The translations under genes and the position numbers were made by a program. From NCBI GenBank assembly GCA_021775455.1, contig JAJFHU010000038.1:17315-81314 (forward strand): a stretch of 64,000 nt of DNA, given 5' to 3'. This DNA comes from Hyphomicrobiales bacterium (GTDB taxonomy: Bacteria > Pseudomonadota > Alphaproteobacteria > Rhizobiales > Rhizobiaceae). The notes under the pieces were generated by a model. That model searched no databases and was not told where the DNA came from. It was given only the letters and a program-made list of their open reading frames with translations. Shown one piece after another: positions 53,734 through 62,143 of the stretch. Within the stretch, counting starts at the first letter, position 1; the number at the start of each line of letters is the position of its first letter.

Positions 53734-54711
53734 TCATTCTTTCTCAATACTCCGCCTTAATTTCACCGCGCTAAGCGTCTCATCCAGTTCCACATCCCCG
53801 TAGCCCAGAACTTGATCCACCTTTACATCGCGCTTCAATTTGATGTTCCCGGTCAAGCCCAGCGGCAGCATTCCTTGCGAAAGCGAAGTGGTAGCAGGCC
53901 GCAATTGACCGGCCACCGTAAATCCACCCTCGCCATCCAGTATCTCTCCTGCCGCAAGATCACGTTTGGCAACGGCCACCACATCACCTCGCAGTTCTGT
54001 GGCAACACCCGTCGCCTCGCCGCGCAACGCTACGCTTGCAACCGACATTCCAAGTTCCAGGCCAATCAGATGCCACTGCTTGTAAAGACACATGAAGCGT
54101 CCGGTGTCGTCAGTCCTGACCTTGTATTCCTCAAGGCATTTCTTCTGGTAGTCAGTCTCCGCTTCCACCACGACAAAAACACCCATGCGGATATTGTGGT
54201 CAAATTCCGTGCCATCAGGTTTCATCCCGTTAATCACCTCAACCATGCCAGAGCGTTCAAGCGCACCGCCAACTTCCTTCGGGCGCATCAGGGTCGGGAT
54301 GTCATCAATTTCGCCCAATGGATAGGCAAGACCATTGGTAGGCACATCAAGACCACAAGCATTTGCGATTGCCGCTGATTCAATCGCCGGTTTGGTCCCA
54401 TCCAAAAAGGAATTGAACATTTTCGGGTTCAAACGGCCCCGCTCCGCGACCTCACGCGGCACCCCCAATGATCCCGGACCGTATCGGGTGTTGAAAACCG
54501 GTATTCCGGCTTCCACTTGTGTCCCCTGCCCGCAGCCGCAACCTTGAGCCCGCAAGTTCTCGCTCAATCCACGAGACCGCAGGTCATTGCTGGCTGATCG
54601 CCATACGCCATTGAATAAATCACTCCCGCACGAATGGGATTGTTGTCTGATTGGCGGGCGAGGAGGAGTTGGTGGAGGGACAAGTGAATTACCTCTTGCA
54701 GAAATGAACAA
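53734..54711 (-). pseudogene. 5-prime-truncated COG4091-type oxidoreductase (homoserine dehydrogenase-like with a C-terminal SAF domain)
   Basis: The region from MFNSFLDGTKPAIESAAIANA through the C-terminal SAF-like domain (AKRDLAAGEILDGEGG) is intact. The roughly 190-aa N-terminal Rossmann domain is absent. The first 55 or so residues of the ORF (PPPTPPRPP...) look non-homologous, and the next gene begins only 35 nt upstream. Confidence 0.5.
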
Positions 54712-54745
54712 TCAGCAAATCCGGTTCGTTACAAAAACACAATCC

Positions 54746-55423
54746 CTACCAAGGTTGGCGTGTCCCATCCCAGTCAATAAATTGCCCGGTATCTGCAAGC
54801 TTCAGATTTTCAATTACATTCAAAATACCCAATGCGCTTTCTTCAACGCTGATATCGGCTGAGGACCCACCCATGTCAGTCCGCACCCAGCCCGGATGCA
54901 TGGCAATACAACAAATGCCACCAGGTTTTAGATCGCTCGACAAGGCCTGCACCACCTTGTTGAGCGCCGCTTTGGAGACCCGGTAGGCAATCCGGTTGGA
55001 ACTGGAATGCCCCATTCGGCCCATAATCGACGAGATGTTTACGAGGCGAGGATTGCTGCCTTTGCGCAAATGGGGCAAAAAAGCCTGGGCGATCTTCAGC
55101 GGCGCAATTGTGTTGACCTCCAGCGTCCTGGCAAATCCCTCAAAGTCCGTTGTCGATATCGCGGCTTCATCGGGGCCGTAAATCCCGGCATTGTTGATCA
55201 GAATATCAATCGGCTGATCCAGGCTGGCGGCAGCTTGCAAAATCGCCTTTCCATCGACCACATCAAACTGGAGAACTTCAACCCCCGGCAATTCATTCTT
55301 GAGTTGAGCAGCAACATCAACGCTTCTGACGGAACCATACACACGCCAACCCTTCGCCAAAGATTGCCGTGCCAACTCAAGCCCGATCCCGCGCCCTGCG
55401 CCTGTGATGAGAATGGTGGTCAT
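54746..55423 (-). CDS. Short-chain dehydrogenase/reductase (SDR, C-factor-like)
   Basis: MTTILITGAGRGIGLELA cofactor motif, NNAG, and Y...K (YRVSKAA). Its ATG overlaps the toxin stop codon (ATGA). Confidence 0.9.
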   Translation of the reverse strand: MTTILITGAGRGIGLELARQSLAKGWRVYGSVRSVDVAAQLKNELPGVEVLQFDVVDGKAILQAAASLDQPIDILINNAGIYGPDEAAISTTDFEGFARTLEVNTIAPLKIAQAFLPHLRKGSNPRLVNISSIMGRMGHSSSNRIAYRVSKAALNKVVQALSSDLKPGGICCIAMHPGWVRTDMGGSSADISVEESALGILNVIENLKLADTGQFIDWDGTRQPW

Positions 55424-55689
55424 CTGTACACTTCCCTTCGGTGTCCGACTTTCAATACCAGAATTATCAATTCACTATCCTTGATTTGAACAACCAATCG
55501 CACATTCCCTACCCGGTAACGCCACAGTCCTGAATGATTGCCGGATAAGGGTTTACCTAGTCTTCGAGGATCTTTTGTGACCAACAGCCGTTCATCAATG
55601 AATTTTCGAACCCGTTCGCGGTCAGTTTTGAACAGTTTCTCCAAGCTACGAAAGGCTTTCCGATCGAACCTTAATTGCCATTCGCTCAT
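55420..55689 (-). CDS. Type II toxin, RelE/ParE family
   Basis: 89 aa. The segment LSG.HSGLWRYRVGNVRLVVQI.D..L.ILVLKVGHRREVY is a typical RelE/ParE C-terminal core. There is a 4-nt overlap with the upstream antitoxin gene. Confidence 0.88.
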   Translation of the reverse strand: MSEWQLRFDRKAFRSLEKLFKTDRERVRKFIDERLLVTKDPRRLGKPLSGNHSGLWRYRVGNVRLVVQIKDSELIILVLKVGHRREVYR

Positions 55690-55916
55690 TCAGCAGCTTG
55701 TGGTGAATCATCCGAGAACAGTCTTGCCTTGACTTCATCCCAACCGATGGTTTCACCGGCTTCACGCAGCCTTGCCTCTGCTTCGGCGATATCTTCAAGG
55801 TCTTCCATATGCTCAAGCAGAGCCTCACGCGCAATCGTACTTTTGGTACGTCCAGTCTTTTTGGCCAATGCAGCCAACCGCTCTTCAATGTCCTTGGGCA
55901 AACGCAATGCGAGCAT
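55686..55916 (-). CDS. Type II antitoxin with a ribbon-helix-helix (RelB/CopG-like) DNA-binding domain
   Basis: MLALRLPKDIEERLAALAKKTGRTKSTIAREALLEHMEDLEDI matches the RHH pattern. The tail is acidic, and the gene is coupled to the toxin gene. Confidence 0.85.
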   Translation of the reverse strand: MLALRLPKDIEERLAALAKKTGRTKSTIAREALLEHMEDLEDIAEAEARLREAGETIGWDEVKARLFSDDSPQAAE

Positions 55917-55930
55917 CGTAATTCTCCTTT

Positions 55931-55946
55931 GCTATACATGTATAGC
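55931..55946. promoter_or_regulatory. 16-bp perfect palindrome upstream of the antitoxin gene (candidate TA operator)
   Basis: gctatacatgtatagc begins 15 nt upstream of the antitoxin start codon. Confidence 0.5.
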
Positions 55947-56014
55947 ATGTTGAAGTTGAATTCAATTGTGGACCATATCGGGAGGAAGAATTGTTGCAGC
56001 AACCAAACGCTACC

Positions 56015-56087
56015 TGCCAACTCAAGCCCAATTCCACGCCCCGCACCCGTTATGAGAATGGTTGTCATCTGTAAATTTCCCGTTAGT
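56015..56087 (-). pseudogene. Orphan, diverged duplicate of the SDR gene 5-prime end (18 codons plus about 20 nt of leader)
   Basis: Aligns to 55370-55442 with 60 of 73 identities by hand count. It encodes the identical peptide MTTILITGAGRGIGLELA, then diverges. Confidence 0.8.
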
Positions 56088-56271
56088 TTTCAGGTCGAAC
56101 AATGAGCCTAAATGCATTCCTCTACAAAACTCACCATAAAACAAAATATCGGTCCGCACAAAGATCAAGTAATCAGAACATCAGTTTAGGAAGCACATTT
56201 AACACCAATTTGACATCACATAAGTATGGATCCTAACCTGGCAAAACAAACAATTCAGTGTGGGAACAGCT

Positions 56272-56583
56272 ATGGCGTGGTACAATAATAAATACAGTTG
56301 TGGAGAATGCGGAACCCAGTGGGAAGATCAATGGTCTTGTACGTGCGATGACGAATGTCCAAACTGCGGAGCATCTGATTACTCACCAACCGAATCTGAA
56401 GATTTATCGGCAATAGTTGAAACAGATCAGGATGATTTTTACATTTACGTGTCGCCGTCCACTGCTGGGCATGGGCCTGATTACCGTCTTCTGGCAATCA
56501 CCCCAAGCAAAGATTTCGCAATACTGTTGAAGAAAATTGCCATGGAATTACCAGATAGATATTTGAACTACCAAAAGGTTTAG
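56272..56583 (+). CDS. Hypothetical 103-aa Cys-rich zinc-ribbon protein
   Basis: CGECG...C.C...CPNCG gives two CxxC knuckles plus an extra CxC, followed by an acidic segment and a small C-terminal domain. It ends 8 nt before the DpnI-like gene, and the DNA is lower in G+C than its surroundings. Confidence 0.55.
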   Translation: MAWYNNKYSCGECGTQWEDQWSCTCDDECPNCGASDYSPTESEDLSAIVETDQDDFYIYVSPSTAGHGPDYRLLAITPSKDFAILLKKIAMELPDRYLNYQKV

Positions 56584-56591
56584 CATCATTA

Positions 56592-57359
56592 ATGGAACTT
56601 GGTTTTGAAGAAACTCAGGCCGCGTATGACAGTGGTTCGCAAACCGCCAGAGTATGGTCTGAAAAATGGGTCGCAAGATGGATGTATTGCCCAAATTGTG
56701 GGAATTCCCAATTGAACCAATTTCCAGCCAATTTGCCTGTAGCGGATTTCTACTGTGCTAGTTGCAATGATCAGTTCGAACTCAAATGTCAGAAAAAGAA
56801 GTTTGGGAAAAAATTGGCCAATGGAGCATATACGACAAAGATCGAACGTTTGAATTCTGACACCTCACCCAACTTGATCTTGATGAACTATGACAAGGAT
56901 GCTGCAGTGGTTAGAAACATTTTCTTTGTACCTAAGCATTTTTTTGTTCCCTCGATTGTGGAAAAGAGAAATCCACTTGCGTCAACAGCAAGACGTGCCG
57001 GCTGGGTTGGTTCCAATATTTTGCTGAATCGCATTCCTGAAATTGGAAGAATTTACGGTGTCAAAGATGGACATGAAATCCCAAAGGAGTTCGTACTCTC
57101 AAAATGGAAAAAGACCGTCTTTATGCGCAATAAGGAAGTTGACGCAAGGGGGTGGCTACTCGAGGTATTGGGGTGCGTAGAACGCCTCAACAAACCAGAA
57201 TTTAGCCTACAAGAAATTTATCAGTTTGAAAATATTCTCAGGCAGACGTATCCAAACAATCAGAATATAAGACCGAAAATTAGGCAACAACTTCAAGTTT
57301 TGCGTGATAACGGTTATTTGGAATTCTTAGGGAATGGTGATTATCGAGTTCTAGGTTAA
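56592..57359 (+). CDS. DpnI-family type IIM (N6-methyladenine-dependent) restriction endonuclease
   Basis: 255 aa. The motifs YCPNCGN..LN.F..N.PVADFYC..C...FELK, PLA.TARRAGWVG.NI and the C-terminal wHTH KIRQQLQVLRDNGY.EF.G.G.YR are collinear with S. pneumoniae DpnI (254 aa) as I recall it. Confidence 0.9.
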   Translation: MELGFEETQAAYDSGSQTARVWSEKWVARWMYCPNCGNSQLNQFPANLPVADFYCASCNDQFELKCQKKKFGKKLANGAYTTKIERLNSDTSPNLILMNYDKDAAVVRNIFFVPKHFFVPSIVEKRNPLASTARRAGWVGSNILLNRIPEIGRIYGVKDGHEIPKEFVLSKWKKTVFMRNKEVDARGWLLEVLGCVERLNKPEFSLQEIYQFENILRQTYPNNQNIRPKIRQQLQVLRDNGYLEFLGNGDYRVLG

Positions 57360-57367
57360 ATTTCCCC

Positions 57368-59017
57368 TCACCGCGTCAGCCTCTTATACGTCACCCGTTT
57401 CGGGTTGACGCTATCCGGCCCAAGTCGCCTGATCTTGTCCTGCTCGTAGTCCTCGAAATTACCTTCAAACCATTCCACGTGGCTGTCACCCTCGAAGGAC
57501 AGAATGTGCGTGGCGAGGCGGTCGAGGAACATGCGGTCGTGTGAGATGATCACCGCGCAGCCAGCAAAACTTTCAAGCGCGTCTTCAAGCGCTGCCAGTG
57601 TTTCCGTGTCGAGATCGTTGGTCGGTTCGTCGAGCAGCAGAACATTACCGCCCTCTTTCAGAAGCTTCGCCATGTGTACCCGATTGCGCTGGCCACCGGA
57701 AAGCGTACCAACTTTTTGCTGCTGGTCGCCACCGCGAAAGTTGAACGACGAGCAATAGGCACGGGAATTCACCTCGTGCTTGCCAAGCTTGATGATGTCA
57801 TTTCCGCCAGAAACTTCTTCCCAAACGGTCTTGTTGCCATCAAGCGCATCACGACTCTGGTCCACATGGGAAAGCTGGACTGTATCACCTACCGTAATTT
57901 TACCACCATCCGGTGCTTCCTGCCCGGTGATCATGCGAAAGAGCGTGGTTTTACCGGCACCGTTGGGACCGATCACCCCAACAATACCCCCCGGCGGCAG
58001 TTTAAAGGAAAGATCATCAATCAACAGCTTGTCGCCATACCCCTTGGAAAGCCCCTCAGCCGTGATCACCACATCACCAAGACGCTCCCCTACTGGAATG
58101 ATGATCTGTGCATTTTGCGGAGTACGATCATTGGCGGCCTTGACCAACTCATCATAAGCCCTGATACGCGCCTTGGATTTTGCCTGACGAGCCTTGGGCG
58201 AAGATGCAATCCAGCCCGCTTCACTGGCAATTGCTCTTTGACGAGCCGCCTCTTCACGACCTTCCTGCTTCATCCGTTTGGATTTGGCATCAAGATAAGC
58301 GGTATAATTGCCCTCGTAAGGAATACCGCGGCCGCGATCGAGTTCCAATATCCAGCCGGTTACATTGTCGAGGAAATACCGATCATGGGTGATCATCAAA
58401 ACGGAACCCGCATACTCCCGCAAATGGCGTTCCAGCCACGCAATGGTTTCCGCATCCAGATGGTTGGTCGGTTCGTCGAGGAGCAACAGGTCCGGTTGTG
58501 AAAGCAGCAGCTTGCAAAGCGCGACGCGGCGGATTTCACCACCGGAGAGACTGTCAACGCCGCTATCGCCCGGAGGACAGCGAAGCGCACCCATTGCCAT
58601 TTCAACCTGACTGTCGAGATCCCAAAGGTTTTGGGCGTCGATCTTGTCCTGAAGCTCAGCACCTTCATCCGCTGTTTCGTCTGAATAGTTCATCATCAGT
58701 TCGTTGTATCGGTCGAGAATGGCTTTCTTGGAGGCAACCCCTTCCATGACATTTTCCATCACGGTTTTGGATTGATCGAGCTGCGGCTCCTGCGGAAGAT
58801 ATCCACACGTTGCACCCTCGGCCAACCACGCTTCGCCAGAGAATTCCTTGTCCAGCCCGGCCATGATCCTGAGCACGGTGGATTTACCGGCACCATTGGG
58901 TCCCAATATGCCAATCTTGGCATCGGGATAGAAGGACAGATGAATATCTTCCAGAACCTTTTTCGAACCATAGGTCTTGGACAGACCTGCCATGTGATAG
59001 ATGAACTGTCTCGCCAT
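57368..59017 (-). CDS. ettA: Energy-dependent translational throttle protein EttA (ABC-F ATPase)
   Basis: MARQFIYHMAGLSKTYG..., two ABC cassettes (GPNGAGKST, LSGGE.RRVAL, GPNGAGKTT, LSGGQRNRV). The start is trimmed to the ATG at 59017. Confidence 0.95.
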   Translation of the reverse strand: MARQFIYHMAGLSKTYGSKKVLEDIHLSFYPDAKIGILGPNGAGKSTVLRIMAGLDKEFSGEAWLAEGATCGYLPQEPQLDQSKTVMENVMEGVASKKAILDRYNELMMNYSDETADEGAELQDKIDAQNLWDLDSQVEMAMGALRCPPGDSGVDSLSGGEIRRVALCKLLLSQPDLLLLDEPTNHLDAETIAWLERHLREYAGSVLMITHDRYFLDNVTGWILELDRGRGIPYEGNYTAYLDAKSKRMKQEGREEAARQRAIASEAGWIASSPKARQAKSKARIRAYDELVKAANDRTPQNAQIIIPVGERLGDVVITAEGLSKGYGDKLLIDDLSFKLPPGGIVGVIGPNGAGKTTLFRMITGQEAPDGGKITVGDTVQLSHVDQSRDALDGNKTVWEEVSGGNDIIKLGKHEVNSRAYCSSFNFRGGDQQQKVGTLSGGQRNRVHMAKLLKEGGNVLLLDEPTNDLDTETLAALEDALESFAGCAVIISHDRMFLDRLATHILSFEGDSHVEWFEGNFEDYEQDKIRRLGPDSVNPKRVTYKRLTR

Positions 59018-59177
59018 TAAGTTTTGCTCTTTTCTTGCGGTAATTTGGTTGGTCGCGGTGTAACGGTTGGACGAAAGGAATTCAAGCTCCAGCTTCTGGC
59101 AACGGAACCGGATATGGACAAGTTTTGCCAAATCGGATTGATTTGGCATTCAATGCCGAAAGCAGCAAATCTCAAGG

Positions 59178-60107
59178 ATGGACAAACTCTTGTATTCCAG
59201 AACTTGGCTGAACAGCCCAACTGGTGCGCAACTAAACCTGTACTTCGCGCTAGCCAAAAACCCCCGTGCCGTTATTCAAATCAATCATGGCATGTCGGAA
59301 CATGCAGCGCGATATGAGCAGTTTGCTGTGTTTTTGGCTGGACGTGGTTATCACGTGTACGCCCATGATCATCGTGGTCACGGACACACCACCGCACCAG
59401 ATGCACTCCAAGGCATGTTTTCCAAACGGCACGGATGGCAAATTGTGCTGGAAGATGTGGACGCGGTTAACCGATATATTCGTAAAGAACATCCAACGCT
59501 TCCCGTGATTTGCTTTGGTCACTCGATGGGTTCAACCATAGCAATGAACTACACACTCGATCATCCAGGCCAGGTCGATGGCGCTGCTATCTGGAATGGC
59601 TCCATTCCGGGCTTTGGTCCTGCCGCACTGGCACTTCTATTGAAAATCGAACGCATGTTGAAGGGCTCTGATGTTCCAAGTCGCTGGGGTGACGCTTTGA
59701 CATTCGAAAGCTGGAACCGGGAGTTCGACCCAAACGTGACCGGCTCAGATTGGCTATCTCGCGATTCTAAAGAGGTCAAAAAATACGTTGCAGACCCGCA
59801 ATGCGGTTTCCCCATAACCTTAGGCGCATGGCTGGATCTTCTTGGGGGAATACAAAGAATGGCGGATCGCAAGAAGCTGACTGAGCTTCCCAGGACTCTT
59901 CCTTTTCATATCCTTGCAGGTAGTGCCGACCCCTGCTCATCACACGGCAAGGCTGCTACCATTCTTGCCAGACGATTGAAACGGGCAGGTTTGACCGATG
60001 TAACCAAAACCATATTTCCGGATACCCGCCACGAAAGCCTCCACGAGATCAACCGGGACGAGATCATGTCAAATTTCGCCGACTGGCTGGATGAGCGCTG
60101 GAGTTAG
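59178..60107 (+). CDS. Alpha/beta hydrolase (lysophospholipase / monoacylglycerol lipase-like)
   Basis: HGMSEH, D.RGHG and a nucleophile elbow GHSMGS, with a C-terminal histidine region (TRHE). Confidence 0.85.
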   Translation: MDKLLYSRTWLNSPTGAQLNLYFALAKNPRAVIQINHGMSEHAARYEQFAVFLAGRGYHVYAHDHRGHGHTTAPDALQGMFSKRHGWQIVLEDVDAVNRYIRKEHPTLPVICFGHSMGSTIAMNYTLDHPGQVDGAAIWNGSIPGFGPAALALLLKIERMLKGSDVPSRWGDALTFESWNREFDPNVTGSDWLSRDSKEVKKYVADPQCGFPITLGAWLDLLGGIQRMADRKKLTELPRTLPFHILAGSADPCSSHGKAATILARRLKRAGLTDVTKTIFPDTRHESLHEINRDEIMSNFADWLDERWS

Positions 60108-60121
60108 CGATCTTGGTACCC

Positions 60122-61495
60122 CTACCCCAGCACGCTTTTCACTGCATCCTGAATGCCCGCAGCCACGCTATCAGCTTCCTCTTTGGTCATGCAAAGTGGT
60201 GGTGATAGACCGAGCGTATCACTTTGTGGCATTGCCCGGACGATAATCTTGCTCCGCTCGACAAGTGCCGCCACAACCTGCGGCCCAATCTTGTCATTCG
60301 GATCAAAAAATGTTCGTGTATCCTTGTCCTTGACCAGTTCTACTGCGCATAACATTCCTTCGCCGCGAACCTCACCCACATTGGGATGGCCACCCAGCGC
60401 ATCGGTCAATGCCTGCTTCAGGTACGGACCAAATTCGGCTGCATTGGACACCAGTTTGAGTTCATCCAGCAGTTTCAGATTGGCAACGCCAGCTGCAGCG
60501 GCAATCGGATGAGCAGAATAGGTCCAGCCATGGCCCATGGGTCCGTTTTCATCAGTTCCCTGCTCAAGCACCTTCCAGACCCGCTCGCTGATGATTGAAC
60601 CGGAAAGCGGTGCATAAGCCGAAGTCAGTCCCTTGGCGATAGTCATGAAATCCGGCTTCAAACCGAAATGATCCGATCCGAACATCGAACCCAGGCGACC
60701 AAAACCGGTGACAACTTCGTCGACAATCAGCAAAATATCATGCTTGTTCAGCACGGCCTGAATAGCGTCCCAATAACCGGCAGGGGGCGGCACGATCCCG
60801 CCAGTTCCCATTACGGGTTCCCCGATGAAAGCAGCAATCGTATCAGCACCCTCGCGCTCAATCATTGCTTCCAGTTCGGCAACACAATAAACGACGAATT
60901 CCGCTTCACTCTGGTCAGTGTTTTCCCGACGAAAATAGTAGGCCGGTTCCGTATGGAAAAACTGCGGTAGTGGCAGGTCAAATTTCTTGTGAAACAGTTC
61001 CAGGCCGGTAAGCGATCCCGAAACGAGGCCAGAACCATGATAAGCCCGCTTGCGCGAAATGATCTTCTTCTTTTCGGGTCGACCAAGAATGTTGTTGTAG
61101 TACCAAACCATCTTCACATTGGTTTCATTTGCATCCGAACCAGACAGACCAAAATAGACCTTGCTCATATGGTTAGGCGCACGGTCGAGAACCATTTTGG
61201 AAAGGGTAATACTCGCTTCGGTACTGTGTCCGACATAAGCATGGTAATAAGCAAGCTCTCGGGCTTGATCGGCGATTGCCTCGGCAATTTCCTGGCGGCC
61301 ATAACCCACATTCACGCAGAAGAGCCCGGCAAATGCATCAAGCAGTTTGTTGCCCTCGCGATCTTCCACATAACAGCCCTTGCCACCGGTCATGATACGG
61401 CTTGGAGCTTCACCGCGGGCAAATTGGGCAAGGTGGGTAGAAGGGTGAAAGAAGTTATCGCGATCCCACTGATCAAGTTGGTCATTTCTGAGCAT
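60122..61495 (-). CDS. Class-III aminotransferase (omega-amino acid / putrescine-pyruvate aminotransferase-like)
   Basis: F.HP....., GSDANE, DEV.TGFGR.G, and TIAKGLTS containing the PLP lysine. 457 aa. Confidence 0.9.
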   Translation of the reverse strand: MLRNDQLDQWDRDNFFHPSTHLAQFARGEAPSRIMTGGKGCYVEDREGNKLLDAFAGLFCVNVGYGRQEIAEAIADQARELAYYHAYVGHSTEASITLSKMVLDRAPNHMSKVYFGLSGSDANETNVKMVWYYNNILGRPEKKKIISRKRAYHGSGLVSGSLTGLELFHKKFDLPLPQFFHTEPAYYFRRENTDQSEAEFVVYCVAELEAMIEREGADTIAAFIGEPVMGTGGIVPPPAGYWDAIQAVLNKHDILLIVDEVVTGFGRLGSMFGSDHFGLKPDFMTIAKGLTSAYAPLSGSIISERVWKVLEQGTDENGPMGHGWTYSAHPIAAAAGVANLKLLDELKLVSNAAEFGPYLKQALTDALGGHPNVGEVRGEGMLCAVELVKDKDTRTFFDPNDKIGPQVVAALVERSKIIVRAMPQSDTLGLSPPLCMTKEEADSVAAGIQDAVKSVLG

Positions 61496-61663
61496 TTCAG
61501 TTCCTCTTCAAGACAAATAGCGGAATGTTGTTTACAAGGCTGGGTCACCAACCGAAGACACAAGTTTGTTCATTGCGGAGTATCGCACAGGTTAAAAAAA
61601 ATGTTCAGCTGAACTTCCATTATTGCACAGAAGAATCTTCTGTGGGCGAAATCCCTGATTCAT

Positions 61664-62143
61664 TCACTCTGGCAACAAATCACCGAAGGGCGGCGCTCCG
61701 CTTGCCTTGACCGGTTTCGTTACGACATAAGTGAAATATCGTGCCAATCCAATTTTTTTGACGAGCATTTCGTCAATCAGCATTTGGTAGGATTCAATGT
61801 CCCTGGTTACAATTTGCAGTATATAGTCAAAGCCTCCGCCGAGAGCCCAACAAGAAACTATTTCACTGTAATCCAGGGCTGCTTTCTCGAATTTCTCAAA
61901 CGCTTCGGCAGTATGGTCGTCTAGCTCCACTGTTACGAATACTGTAACGTGTGAACTCAATTTTTTAAGGTTGATTTGCGCACTATACCCTTCAATGACA
62001 CCTGCTTTTTCCAGTCGTTTGACACGCTCCCAGCAGGGACTGGCCGAAAGTCCAATCCGTTCCGCCAATGCTGCATTTGAAATTCTTCCCTCTGTGGAAA
62101 GAACACGCAGGATTGCCAAATCACGATCATCAAGTTTGAGCAT
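61664..62143 (-). CDS. Lrp/AsnC-family transcriptional regulator
   Basis: MLKLDDRDLAILRVLSTEGRISNAALAERIGLSASPCWERVKRLEKAGVI plus a RAM (AsnC-type) C-terminal domain. The start is trimmed to the ATG that shares one base with the upstream SDR stop (TGATG). Confidence 0.9.
   Translation of the reverse strand: MLKLDDRDLAILRVLSTEGRISNAALAERIGLSASPCWERVKRLEKAGVIEGYSAQINLKKLSSHVTVFVTVELDDHTAEAFEKFEKAALDYSEIVSCWALGGGFDYILQIVTRDIESYQMLIDEMLVKKIGLARYFTYVVTKPVKASGAPPFGDLLPE

Noticed and set aside
55646-56068. 140-aa ORF beginning MTTILITGAGRGIGLELA
   Set aside because: It starts at the orphan SDR 5-prime remnant and then reads out of frame across the antitoxin gene. Only the first 18 codons have SDR character, so it is a chimeric artefact of the duplication and not a gene.
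57674-58501. 275-aa plus-strand ORF
   Set aside because: It is antisense to ettA, a strongly supported ABC-F gene. This is the typical shadow ORF found opposite a highly conserved gene.
60989-61612. 207-aa plus-strand ORF
   Set aside because: It is antisense to the class-III aminotransferase gene (60122-61495) and has no motifs.
61604-61644. 12-bp palindrome gttcagctgaac and an 8-bp-stem hairpin cacagaag-aat-cttctgtg between the Lrp gene and the aminotransferase gene
   Set aside because: It could be a terminator or an Lrp site. However, there is no T-tract on the relevant strand and no repeat of the motif, which is too little evidence to call a feature.
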